DNA of 63,998 nt, counting the filler, from Sanchytrium tribonematis (Eukaryota): assembly GCA_018985235.1 (NCBI GenBank). It is 16 parts of 16 records of this genome, joined end to end, with 100 filler letters (N's around TTAATTAATTAA, not from the genome) between each part and the next. Parts side by side here need not be neighbours in the genome. Positions count along the whole stretch, not along the records: positions 1 to 18,329 come from JADGIG010000116.1; 15 more parts are not named here. One strand, 5' to 3'. Below, piece by piece: positions 1-10,559 of the stretch. Position 1 is the first letter of the stretch; the number at the start of each line of letters is the position of its first letter. The notes beneath the pieces are model-generated. The model saw only the letters and a program-made list of their open reading frames with translations. It ran no database searches and was not told the origin of the DNA. Position numbers and translations under genes: made by a program.

Positions 1-1112
1 TCATTGATGAAAATATTTTCTGACTCGGAGGCAAATTCCAACGAGGACTCTATGGCATTGAAAGTAGTTGATTGACTTGTTGGACCAGCAGATACTGAAT
101 TATATCTTGTATTTTGGATATTATTTGCAGTTGGTTGATTTATTTTAATGGGAAAAGTTGTTAACACTTTCACAATTTTAGTAGTTGTTGTTGCTGTATT
201 TGAAGTTTTAATTGTAGTTGTTGCTGTAACAACATTTGATATCTTGGTGGGTGCAGGAAATGTACTGGAATCACTTTGAGATGTTTTGATTTGCCCCAAA
301 ATGGGTAAATCTATCAAACAAATGCCCGATAATACATTATATGTAGCCATATCAAATGGATTACTAGTCAAATTACACGATGATATACTTAGGGCACTTG
401 TATCTGCAATAGTCAAACTCGTAAATCCATTATTTTGTAGAAATAACGAGGTGGGTTTGTTGAAATTCAATGCGCCTGTGAATAAATTATACGCTAAATT
501 GACTGGTATATCTGCATTTGAGTTGACTGGACCAGTTAGGAAATTATTACTAAAATCTAGTGCTCCAACAATGTAAGAAAGTGGTGTCGATGGTAATTTC
601 CCACTTAGTTTGTTATTTTGAGCAGTGAATACATTTAATCCATTCACCCATGGTGGAATACTGCCAGTTAATTGATTATTTTGAACCTGAACATATGCAG
701 ATCCAGGCCAATTCACCATATTTGATCCTAAAGTGCCAATGGTTCCATTAAATTTGTTCATATGCATGGCGTACCACACCATTGAATTACCCATACGTGG
801 CAATCGACCCGTAATTGTGTTAAAACTGAAATCCATCAACGTCAATCCATTTATATTCGGAATTGAAGTATTGGATGAAATAGTTCCATTTAAATCTAAA
901 TATCTCAAATAGATTTGTTGTATTCGATTACTAACACAGCTGATACCATTAACTAGATTGTAATCTGTACTGCAGCAGTTTCCAGTTGTTAATTTGGTAT
1001 ATAAATCAAAATTAATTAGATGCATGTTCAAATCTGTAATCAGAGTTTTTAATGTTGAGCAGTCTATGCTCGTCTGACCACTGTAAATCAATGAAATCAA
1101 TAGAACCAACAT
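1..1112 (-). CDS. Secreted/membrane LRR receptor-like protein (3' end runs off window; missing from the ORF track)
   Basis: Manual translation from ATG 1112 gives MLVLLISLIYSGQTSIDCSTLKTLITDLNMHLINFDLYTKLTTGNCCST...LNGTISSNTSIPNING...NNQLTGSIP, open to base 1 with a Thr-rich stalk. Close paralog of 3101..4399. Confidence 0.9.
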   Translation of the reverse strand, partial: MLVLLISLIYSGQTSIDCSTLKTLITDLNMHLINFDLYTKLTTGNCCSTDYNLVNGISCVSNRIQQIYLRYLDLNGTISSNTSIPNINGLTLMDFSFNTITGRLPRMGNSMVWYAMHMNKFNGTIGTLGSNMVNWPGSAYVQVQNNQLTGSIPPWVNGLNVFTAQNNKLSGKLPSTPLSYIVGALDFSNNFLTGPVNSNADIPVNLAYNLFTGALNFNKPTSLFLQNNGFTSLTIADTSALSISSCNLTSNPFDMATYNVLSGICLIDLPILGQIKTSQSDSSTFPAPTKISNVVTATTTIKTSNTATTTTKIVKVLTTFPIKINQPTANNIQNTRYNSVSAGPTSQSTTFNAIESSLEFASESENIFIN

Positions 1113-1119
1113 TCTAGAG

Positions 1120-1137
1120 ATGGGCTTGAGCGCGTTT
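1120..1137 (-). promoter_or_regulatory. Conserved proximal motif AACGCGC-N5-CCCAT upstream of LRR gene
   Basis: Same bipartite motif with identical 5-nt spacing at 4415-4431 and 5992-6008, 7-15 nt before each ATG. Confidence 0.5.
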
Positions 1138-1530
1138 CAAATATCTAAAATGGCCTTTCATCTTGATTGATGATTGGTCAAGACTAGATTGAAACAGTAA
1201 CAAATCATCAACTGACATTTGGACTATTGAATCGCTTCATTGCATAGAATCTACATATACGTATGAGATTGGCCATGTTTACGACAAAGTTAAACCATTT
1301 GTTTGAAAATAAATCTAAAATAAATTAAATGACGCTTCTCCAATCAATACCTGAAAACTTTTTAATTTTGATTGAATTATTAAAGAGAAATTACAGTAGA
1401 TTTGAGATCAATGACTCGTGTATTAATTTGACAAGAAATGTCATTTTTAGTAAATTCTAATTCTATACCAATCATTTGAACCCATTTCAATGTAAAAAGC
1501 AACAGCGACCCCCGGAGCGCAATCCATCTC

Positions 1531-3066
1531 ATGTTGAATATATCTCTGATTTCTGCAATACTAACAGATTGTCAATATTTAACAGCATTTGCAACAATTT
1601 TGAACATGCCCTCTGTGAATCCAAAAGTAATGAATGAAATCAAAACCCTGTGTTGCAATGGAATTGTTACAGGAGTCGTTTGTTCTTCAGGGGTGATTAC
1701 TCAAATTGATTGGGGAGCATTTGGTTTAAATGGAACTATTTCTAACAATTTCCCACCACAATTGACATACTTAGACTTGAGCAATAATCAAATTAAAAGC
1801 CCATTACCTCCATCAGGGTATCCAGACACCCTTAACTTTATCAATTTGTCAAATAATCAATTTAACGGAACTTTCCCGCAACTAAATGATGGAATTGACA
1901 CAGTTTTTGCCACTTTTAACAAATTCACATTGATGCCAACACTTCCAAAGAACATCACAAGATTTGAGGCTGGACATAATATATTTCAACAGCCATTTCC
2001 GTCAGATTTGCCAAAGAAGTTAAGCATTTTGCAATTGGAAACTTGTCAATTTACTGGAAACGTTACCAACTTACCAGATAGTTTGACTGTTTTTGGTATT
2101 TGTGGAAGTCAATTAACAGGAATTATCCCAAAATTGCCTACAAATATGAATACTTTTTGGGCTTGTCAGAACAAATTAACAGGTGTAACCTATCCATTTC
2201 CTGATACGCTCACAAATATCAATCTTTACGACAATCTGATTAAATCTCCGATCTTCTTCCCTCCAAATATCAACAAATTTCTTGCAAATCGAAATCAATT
2301 TTATGGATCTTTAAGTCCATTTCCCCCATCTTTAAATGAAATAGATTTAAGAGACAATGAATTATCTGGTGATATATCAAATTTCACATATTATCACATG
2401 CAACTAGGTGCTGCTTCTCCATTAAATAAGCTGCAATTGCAAACTAATAAGTTTTCAGGAGAAATACCAAGATTCCCCCTCAATCTGATTATACTGAATC
2501 TTGCTGAACTTTCTGTGAGAGGTTCTATTTCTTTGAATCAACCAACTTATCTCAATATTGCTAATACACGCATTAGCAATATTACTATTCAAGACCCCTC
2601 ATTATTAAATCCCTCGGTTTGTTTGTTTTCAAATACACCTACTTTGAATAATACAAATGTGGAAAAGTTATTTCCGTATTGCACGCATTTGAATTTATAT
2701 TTAGAAGCGCCAATTGCAGTACAAACCACAATTCAAGAAACGACGAGTCTACAAGATGCATCCATAATCACAAGAGTATTTCGATTCACTTCTATTTTAG
2801 CTACCAAATCAATATTGAAAACCAGTTTGTCATTTAAATCAACCAAGACAATTTTGTATTCTCAAACAAATACCATTCAGCATTATGAATTTCATAAGCA
2901 ACCAGTTGAATTTACAATGACTTTATTGATGATTATCAGAATTTCTATTTCTCTCACGGTTTTCATGAATATTTTTAGATTTATTCCATGGAGAAGAGAT
3001 AAAACAAAATTGGCTTCTCAATTCTCAACACGATCTAAAAATACAAATAACTCGCATGCTATATAA
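1531..3066 (+). CDS. LRR receptor-like protein (signal peptide, Cys N-cap, LRRs, S/T stalk, TM, basic tail)
   Basis: DC...CC...C cap, repeated LxxLxLxxNxL/FxG.P motifs, C-terminal hydrophobic segment followed by WRRDK. Confidence 0.85.
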   Translation: MLNISLISAILTDCQYLTAFATILNMPSVNPKVMNEIKTLCCNGIVTGVVCSSGVITQIDWGAFGLNGTISNNFPPQLTYLDLSNNQIKSPLPPSGYPDTLNFINLSNNQFNGTFPQLNDGIDTVFATFNKFTLMPTLPKNITRFEAGHNIFQQPFPSDLPKKLSILQLETCQFTGNVTNLPDSLTVFGICGSQLTGIIPKLPTNMNTFWACQNKLTGVTYPFPDTLTNINLYDNLIKSPIFFPPNINKFLANRNQFYGSLSPFPPSLNEIDLRDNELSGDISNFTYYHMQLGAASPLNKLQLQTNKFSGEIPRFPLNLIILNLAELSVRGSISLNQPTYLNIANTRISNITIQDPSLLNPSVCLFSNTPTLNNTNVEKLFPYCTHLNLYLEAPIAVQTTIQETTSLQDASIITRVFRFTSILATKSILKTSLSFKSTKTILYSQTNTIQHYEFHKQPVEFTMTLLMIIRISISLTVFMNIFRFIPWRRDKTKLASQFSTRSKNTNNSHAI

Positions 3067-3100
3067 ATAAATGATTTATAACTTTATTTATTGATTTGAT

Positions 3101-4399
3101 TTATCGTGATTCTCTTGAGCCGTATGACCAAAAAGAGATGGATTTTCTATTTTTTGATTTTAACTTTCTTGTGTACATCATAACAAATACCGCTGTCAAT
3201 AAGGATATTGCAGGTCTCAATAGTACGTAAATATCCAATCTTATATACAATATCTTATTGGCATTAAAATTGTAGATATTTTTAGTGATGGATTCATTTA
3301 ACGTGGAATTTACAGCCATTAAAGTCGTAGATACATTTAATGATCTGTAGAATAAATGTGTGGCTGTATAAAGTCTTCGTTGAGGTACTGAAATGTCACC
3401 AATTGTTAAAGATGTGGATAAATTTGAGAATGTGGATTCTGATAAAAAGTCACTGGTACTCAATATATCCAATAACAAGACATCAGTTGTGTCATTGGAC
3501 ATAGTTGTGAGATATGTACTGACATTGGTAGTAGCTGAGTTGCTAAAGTCCAAAGAAGATCTGGAAGAACTTCTTGTTTCAAGGGTTGTGGGTGGAAATG
3601 GGGAATCCAAAGGACAGGTTGCTGACAATGCATTATAAGTAGCAATATCAAATGAATTCTGAGTGAAATCACATCTTTCCGCACCTAATGCACTTGTATC
3701 CGCAATTGTCAAACTTGTAAATTTGTTGTTTTGAATAAACAAGGCTGTAGGTCTGTTAAATGACAATGCACCAGTAAATAGGTTATTGGATAAATAAACC
3801 TCTATATCTGCATTGGAATTAATAGTACCACTCAAAAAGTTACCACTTAAATCGATGGCACCAACCACATAAGAAATAGGTGTGACAGGCAATTTTCCAT
3901 GTAATCTGTTGTTACCTGCCAGAAATACATTCAGACCCTTGACTAAACTAGGAATTGTCCCGACTAGTTGATTGTTTTGTACTTGAACATACGCAGAAGC
4001 TGGATAATTCACCATATTTGATCCTAAAGTACCAATTGTCCCATTAAATTGGTTTACATGCATCGCATACCAAATCATCGTGCTACCCATACGTGGCATA
4101 TTTCCATAAATACTATTGTAACTAAAATCCATCAAATTAATTCCATTTATATTCGGAATAGACGTATTTGAAGAAATGGTCCCATTTAAATTCAAATATC
4201 TCAAGTATATTTGAGTTATACGTCCATTTACACAAGTAATACCATTAACTGTGTTGTAATTCGTACTGCAGCAGTCTCCAGTCGTCAATTTTGAATACAA
4301 GTCAGGATTGATGAGGTGCATATTCAGTCCAGTAATTAACGTCTTCAGCACTGGGCAGTCTACGCTGATACTGTAACCTAATCCGACCAAGAGAACCAT
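3101..4399 (-). CDS. LRR receptor-like protein
   Basis: Signal peptide, GDCC cap, NNQLVGTIP-type LRRs, Ser/Thr stalk, TM and basic tail; ATG at 4399. Confidence 0.88.
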   Translation of the reverse strand: MVLLVGLGYSISVDCPVLKTLITGLNMHLINPDLYSKLTTGDCCSTNYNTVNGITCVNGRITQIYLRYLNLNGTISSNTSIPNINGINLMDFSYNSIYGNMPRMGSTMIWYAMHVNQFNGTIGTLGSNMVNYPASAYVQVQNNQLVGTIPSLVKGLNVFLAGNNRLHGKLPVTPISYVVGAIDLSGNFLSGTINSNADIEVYLSNNLFTGALSFNRPTALFIQNNKFTSLTIADTSALGAERCDFTQNSFDIATYNALSATCPLDSPFPPTTLETRSSSRSSLDFSNSATTNVSTYLTTMSNDTTDVLLLDILSTSDFLSESTFSNLSTSLTIGDISVPQRRLYTATHLFYRSLNVSTTLMAVNSTLNESITKNIYNFNANKILYIRLDIYVLLRPAISLLTAVFVMMYTRKLKSKNRKSISFWSYGSRESR

Positions 4400-4414
4400 C
4401 AATTAGTTTCAAAA

Positions 4415-4431
4415 ATGGGTGAGAGCGCGTT
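4415..4431 (-). promoter_or_regulatory. AACGCGC-N5-CCCAT motif
   Basis: Plus strand atggg-tgaga-gcgcgtt, 15 nt upstream of ATG 4399. Confidence 0.5.
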
Positions 4432-4504
4432 TTAAATATAAAACATGGCTTTTAGTTCTCATTTTTAATTGGTGTGGCCTGTTTTGATTTCAAAATCATA
4501 TTTA

Positions 4505-5983
4505 TTAAGAGGAAGCAACATCCATAAATCCAATAGTGCGATGACGATGGTGCTTCTTAGTGGCTGCTCTTCTCATCAAATAAGTCACAACAGTCAAAAA
4601 TGTCATGCAATTTATAAAACATTTTAAAAACACAAAAATGCTCCATTGATAAATCACGATTTCATTTCTAGACACTCTTGGTAAATTTCTACTAGTTTCT
4701 GCTTTAATATTCTCTATTGTACTGGTTAAAACAGAATTAAAAGTGAGTAGATCCAAAGACGATTTTGCTGTTTTATAAAATACACGTTGAGGGACTGTAT
4801 TAATATTGGGTTGAAGATCCGAGTTGAATGGATTCAAAGACTCTTGACTCACTGATTCTGACATATAGCTTGATTTAGCAGAAAGACTCGATAAATTGGA
4901 TGATTCTATTATTATTGCTGAGCTTAGAATATCCATAGCTTTGGAGGATTCTGAAGAGCCAGATAGACTGTTGGGATACGCTGAATGAGTAGAATCTGAT
5001 GTAGTAGTCGGAATATGCTTTGATGACTCTGTAGTGGATGTGAGAGCAGTAATTGGGTTTGTTTTAGCTGATTGGATAAGTAAGACGGATGTCTTGGATG
5101 AGGAAGTGGTTGATGTTGTTGCTTGTATTACGAGTGCCGAAGTAGATTTTGTAGTAGACGATGAAGATGTTTCAAGGGTAGTCGTAGATGGCGCGTCCAA
5201 CAAACATTTTCCTTTAAACGCACTCAAACTCGAGTAGTCAAATGCATTTTGTGTCAAATTACAGTTTGCTGTAGTCAATAAACTGGAATCTGCAATAGTC
5301 AAACTCGTAAATCCATTATTCTGAATCAATAATGATTTTGGCTTATTGAATGTCAATGAACCCGTAAATAAGTTAAATGAGATTGCAAATAGAATATCAG
5401 CAGTGGCTGTTATTGTGCCACTCAACATATTACCAGCAAAATCAATCTCAGAAGCAATATAAGACAGAGGTGTTGGAGGTAAAGGACCACTTAATTTGTT
5501 GTACGAGGCATAAAAGAAATTCAATCCATTTGTCCAACTCGGTATTGAACCATATAGTTGATTGTATCTCACATTAACCCATGCAGAAGCAGGAAAATTG
5601 ACCATATTCGGATTTAAAGGGACCAATGTGCCATTAAAGTTATTTCTCCCCATTTCATACCATGTCATTGATGCGCCCATAGCAGGTAGATTCCCACTGA
5701 TCTTGTTAGTACCAAAATAAATCCCATTCAATCCATCTATATTCGGAACAGATGCATTTGATGAAATCGTCCCATTTAAATTCAAATTTCTAAAATTAAT
5801 TTGGAGTATACGCGCATTTAAACATGTGATACCATTCACAACTACATAATCAGCACCACAGCAGTCCCCAGTAGTTAACTTGTTATATAATACTGGATTC
5901 ACGATATGCATATTCAATTCAATGATAAAATTCTTGAGAGCGGGGCAATCTATACTGATGCTATAAATCAATTGAAACAACAT
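4505..5983 (-). CDS. LRR receptor-like protein
   Basis: Paralog of the neighbouring genes (LTTGDCC, LNGTISSN, NQLYGSIP), long S/T stalk, TM. Confidence 0.88.
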   Translation of the reverse strand: MLFQLIYSISIDCPALKNFIIELNMHIVNPVLYNKLTTGDCCGADYVVVNGITCLNARILQINFRNLNLNGTISSNASVPNIDGLNGIYFGTNKISGNLPAMGASMTWYEMGRNNFNGTLVPLNPNMVNFPASAWVNVRYNQLYGSIPSWTNGLNFFYASYNKLSGPLPPTPLSYIASEIDFAGNMLSGTITATADILFAISFNLFTGSLTFNKPKSLLIQNNGFTSLTIADSSLLTTANCNLTQNAFDYSSLSAFKGKCLLDAPSTTTLETSSSSTTKSTSALVIQATTSTTSSSKTSVLLIQSAKTNPITALTSTTESSKHIPTTTSDSTHSAYPNSLSGSSESSKAMDILSSAIIIESSNLSSLSAKSSYMSESVSQESLNPFNSDLQPNINTVPQRVFYKTAKSSLDLLTFNSVLTSTIENIKAETSRNLPRVSRNEIVIYQWSIFVFLKCFINCMTFLTVVTYLMRRAATKKHHRHRTIGFMDVASS

Positions 5984-5991
5984 TTATTGAA

Positions 5992-6008
5992 ATGGGTAAT
6001 GGCGCGTT
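5992..6008 (-). promoter_or_regulatory. AACGCGC-N5-CCCAT motif
   Basis: Plus strand atggg-taatg-gcgcgtt, 8 nt upstream of ATG 5983. Confidence 0.5.
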
Positions 6009-6195
6009 GGATATTCATTCAAAATGTCAGTAGAATTTTGATGCACGTGACATGCGATGCCTTTTTCAAAACAATGTTTTGTAAAATAGGCCAAATATTT
6101 TTACTTGGTGCTTACTTTCTCACCAGTCCAGTAATTGATTATAAATAAGAAACCAATTAAAATAATATTGGAACGCACATGGAGTAAAAATAAAT

Positions 6196-6471
6196 TTATG
6201 GTAATAGTTGTATATATTTGATAAGCAAAACAATAATCAATATAGCCAGCAATGTCGATAATAACAATTTCATGCCATAATAATATCTTGCGAATTTGCT
6301 GGCACTTTTAACCAATTTTCTCTCTTCTTCCATCAAGCCGTATCGATGATTGAAGTTAATGGTGCGTGTATTCGGATTTTCGATGGATCCATTGATTGTG
6401 CTTTGATATTCACTAATTTGATCAATCAATTTAGGTTTACTCGATTTGTAAGTCGGACTCGTTTTCTCCAT
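6196..6471 (-). CDS. Small tail-anchored membrane protein, hypothetical
   Basis: 91-aa ATG ORF with a C-terminal hydrophobic helix; CCCCCAT just upstream. Confidence 0.5.
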   Translation of the reverse strand: MEKTSPTYKSSKPKLIDQISEYQSTINGSIENPNTRTINFNHRYGLMEEERKLVKSASKFARYYYGMKLLLSTLLAILIIVLLIKYIQLLP

Positions 6472-7639
6472 ATTCTACAGATGGGGGTTTTCGACATTTT
6501 AAATGACCTGCAAGTCAACTAATATAACACAGTCTATCACGTCCAATCAATGCCCAAACTGTTTGTTAAACCGTGCAGCAAGCAAGAATCCGTTAAACTC
6601 GATTTGTTTCGGGTTTTTCTTAAAAATTCAATGACTCACCATTCAAAATCTCATGCGATTCACCACTACAAATGAAATATGCACAATAGTATAAATATCG
6701 CCCTATTCTACCAATAATTAAAATACTTATTCCATAATGAATGTAGTCCAGCATTACTCTCATCATTCATTGAGTCATTGATATTGCGGGACGGATTGTT
6801 TTTTATTATTGAAATAAAAAATGTGGCTTTTTAACAGTAAACTAAGTGTTTTTTATTGGTTTTTGTTATTTAGAAAATTTTGACAAAAATTTCTTATCTT
6901 CTGTTACAGGAATTTGTCGCCAAATCTTAGAAATAAAATTTATTGATCAAGCCACCATTTAGCGGCAAACACTTCTACAATCTAGTTTTGAATTATAAAG
7001 CTAGATTTTCTAGCATATCTGAGTCACTTTACTGGATGGATTCCCATAATTGTAATGTAATGCTTCATTTCATAGTCGCCCCCAAATCTTCTATCGGGTT
7101 CAGTCACAGTAGCAATTGAGCAGAAATTGATCAATTTTCTTGGATGAAATTTCTTCAATCGCCATCCAACAAAGAACTTAAGAGAAATGAGGTAAAAAAA
7201 ATCAAGAGTGATTTAAATCACCCGTTCCCTTCAAAACTTTGACAATGCATCTCATCACACCCATGTTCATCCGTGACTCCATGTGTGGCATTAAGATAAA
7301 AGAATTGCCAATGGATGATGTTTCCGAACTGCTAGAGGATTTATCAAGTATTGAGATCACTCGAGTAAAGAGTGATTCTATTTATGCGATTCTACTTTAT
7401 TTGAAATTGATCTTCGACATTTTTCTTCTAAAATCATGTATGCCATCAAATGGATTGCATCCATGCCTGTCATTATCATTTGGTTAAATTTGATTCCCAT
7501 CGAGGAATCCCGAATCAAATTTGCTGGCAATTCTATACACATTGCCGAACCTATTAATATTGCACAAGATCTGTGTATTTTTTATGGCAGCTCGTGGCCA
7601 TGGAACTGGTAAAGTGCATTTTAATGGCAGTAAAATGAA

Positions 7640-8619
7640 TATGAATGATAGCATCAGGCCCATCAAGAAGCATTTGAATCCATGATAATTCAATTTTCTT
7701 CCAAGTTTCAACTAAATATTTCTCTAAATTCCCCATTAAATTTGACCTATAATTTCCTGCTTTCAATCTACGCTTCAATTCTCTCCAAACTAGCTCAATG
7801 ACATTCAAGTGAGGTGACTTGGCAGGCCAATCCAAATAACCAACACCACTGGAATCCATCTTTTCGAGTCACATTTGGGAGTTGTGAATTGAGGCATTAT
7901 TTTGAACAAACCAAACATCCCCAATATCATCCTCAAATACTTTTACAAATGGCACAATATATCCAATAATCATATTCAAATAATATTGACCATCCATAGC
8001 ACCCTCACAGATCACTGAACTACTTTTATGGTAGTATCCCACAGTTGCCAAAATCATGGTTCCTCTCTTGTCTCTTTTGTCAGCTTACTGGTAATACTTG
8101 AGGTTTTGCATAATTCTTTTATCTGACCAAAAATGTTAAACCTGCTGTCAAAAAGTCGCAGTCGAACCATTCACTCATCAGACCATAAAATGTGTCTAAT
8201 TTGGCCGTCTGTCCATCTCAAAAGATCCCTAACAAAGCTCAAACGTGACCTTTTATGTTGATAAGTTAGTGTTATTTTCTTTAATTTGGGTCGCAACTTC
8301 AATTCCGCCTCTAATAAACGATTTCTCAAAGTTGGTGTGGATTTTGATAAATTCGATGTGGATTTTAGATCTTTTAAATTGACATATCCTCCCTTCTTGG
8401 CAATTTTAATTATATATCGATCATAATCGTAACTCGCTTACGTCCTGTAGTTTTCTTTGTTTTGCATGTTTGCCGATTTTTGGTTGTGTAGAAAATAGAC
8501 TTAGCAACGCTCTCTGACACAAATCTGCCACTTTCTAATACAATAGGAAATGATTTACTACAATACGTAGCGCATATATAGCCTCTTTCACCTTTAGTGT
8601 ACGATTTACCTTTACCCAT
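7640..8619 (-). mobile_element. Degenerate Tc1/mariner (DD34E-type) transposase
   Basis: Fragments MGKGKSYT..TGRKR, HILWSDE, FVQNNASIH (QDNA), WPAKSPHLNVIELVW (SPDLNPIE), broken by stops and frameshifts. Confidence 0.85.
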
Positions 8620-8729
8620 TTTCTCCAGTTGTTAAGAAAAATAATTCTACTTGTAATACATTTATATTTGGCGATATAAAAATAAACAACAGATTAACGA
8701 AAAATGAGATTACAATATTTGATTTGATG

Positions 8730-10550
8730 GCCATGAATGGTCTATTTGAATATGATCTGGGTGATCAGTTCTCATTTATGAAGAATGGTGCATTGAATAT
8801 CCTGATCTGGCTTTCTACAGCTCATACACGAGCTACAGAGTCATCTCTGGTAAATTGATTGATCGATTTGACATTAGCGATCACAAGGCTATCCTGATGG
8901 AATTAGAATTGGACAATGACAATATTCTAGTCTACCCAAAGAGACCTAAATGGAATGTCCTTAGATTTCATGGAAACTGTCACAAAAGAGATTATCATGC
9001 CAATTCTTAAAAGTCGTCAATTTATCAGCTCTCAGAGAAGGAATTAGCCGCCAACAACTCAGCTAATTGCACCTAGAACATCATTTTGATTAGTGGACAA
9101 CCAAATAAATCTGGTGGTAATGACTCTGTTGCCAATGAATTGCTAAAGCACTCTAGTTTGGAGCATTTGGAGTACCTCATGAAATTCTTCAATTTAATTG
9201 GTCGCTCAGGAATCACGCCGGATATGTTCAGATGTAGCCTAATTGTTCCCATACAAAAGGGAAAGTCCAATGAGTATCAGCACCTGGTCGAATACCGTCC
9301 GATTGCTCTTTGCAGCGTATTCATGAAGATGTTTGAAAAATTACTCAAATCTCAAATCATGCCATTCTTGGAAACATCACCAAATCAATTCGGCTGTAAG
9401 CGTGCCACAACTCTCACAGATGCAGCTTGGTACTTGGAAAATCGATTAAGTGAAATGAAATATAATTCAAATGATTTCATTATGATAAAACGGACTTGGC
9501 ATCGGCCTTTGATAAACTGAGTCACCAAACCATGATATCGATATTAAAGGATCTAAGAGTACCGGATAATATATATTCACTGATTGTTAATATATACATA
9601 CGTCAAAGTATCAAATTGAGTGTTGGAGACAAATGCACAAATTTTAGATCAATTCACCAAGGTGTCTTGGAGGGGACTATCCTATCCCCGAATGTGTTTA
9701 CTAAGATGGTTGATGTCGTGATGCGGGTACTCTCTATTATGAATATTTAGTATGCGGATGATTTATTGTTTTGCATAAGAAGATCTGATTATGATGATAT
9801 TCTGGCAGATCTGTCCTCCGAACTAGCTAAAATTGAACTGTATTTAAATATAAGCAAGACATATGAGCTGAATGAGATTTAAGACACTTGGTTGGGCATG
9901 CAGTTGAATTTCAATGGATGTAACACAGAAATGCAATCAAAGCAAATTTAAAGAAAGCTCGTACTAAGATTCGCAACGCCAAGAATCATGGTGTATTCAA
10001 TGGTGCATTTAAATCCGAACATTTACTGAGATATGTGGATAGTTGTATTCTTCCTCTATTGGAAATGGAATTGGCCATCCATGATCCCATTTCCATATTG
10101 GCTAATGATGTCAATGTTTTTCTTAATACAGTTGTGCGTGATTTATTGGGTATTCCTACGTATGCTCCAGTAGCTGATATTTGTTTGTTGGGCCGCTATT
10201 CATTTTTTACGAGAGATGGTTTGGATTAAATTGCAAATTTATAAACAAGATGGAATATCTAGCTGGAATCAAAAATCAGTATGAGTATGCTCCGAAATGC
10301 AAAATGAAGTTTCAAATGAAGTTTCATGTCCATAAGAAACTGAAGAATTACTACAAAAACAATCCCACAATTCTGCAAGTCTTTAAACGCTAGTATCCCA
10401 ATACTGAAAAGGAATGTGATAAATATGGGTCTTCCGATTCATTCGTCAATCAAATCTTAAAGTGTCGCAGTGATCGAGTGAATGTATTTGTTGAAAATCA
10501 TTGCAACGAAATTGGGGGTGAAACACAATTTGAAATTCCCTCAAAATGGA
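8730..10550 (+). mobile_element. Degenerate APE-type non-LTR retrotransposon (LINE) ORF2
   Basis: FDISDHKAI (APE SDH, 8876-8884), KSGGNDSV, YRPIALCS, QFGCK, SAFDKL, QGVLEGTILSP, *YADD (9751-9762), decayed CCHC remnant near 10410-10465. Multiple stops and frameshifts. Confidence 0.85.
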
Positions 10551-10559
10551 CATGCCTGT

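Noticed and set aside
286..576. Short antisense/overlapping ORFs in the track (e.g. 286..576, 3393..3638, 14742..15032, 35756..36253, 53325..53672)
   Set aside because: Shadow ORFs opposite well-supported genes, with no motifs.
6900..7550. Possible decayed coding sequence between the small membrane gene and the Tc1 remnant
   Set aside because: No recognisable motif in the frames I read.
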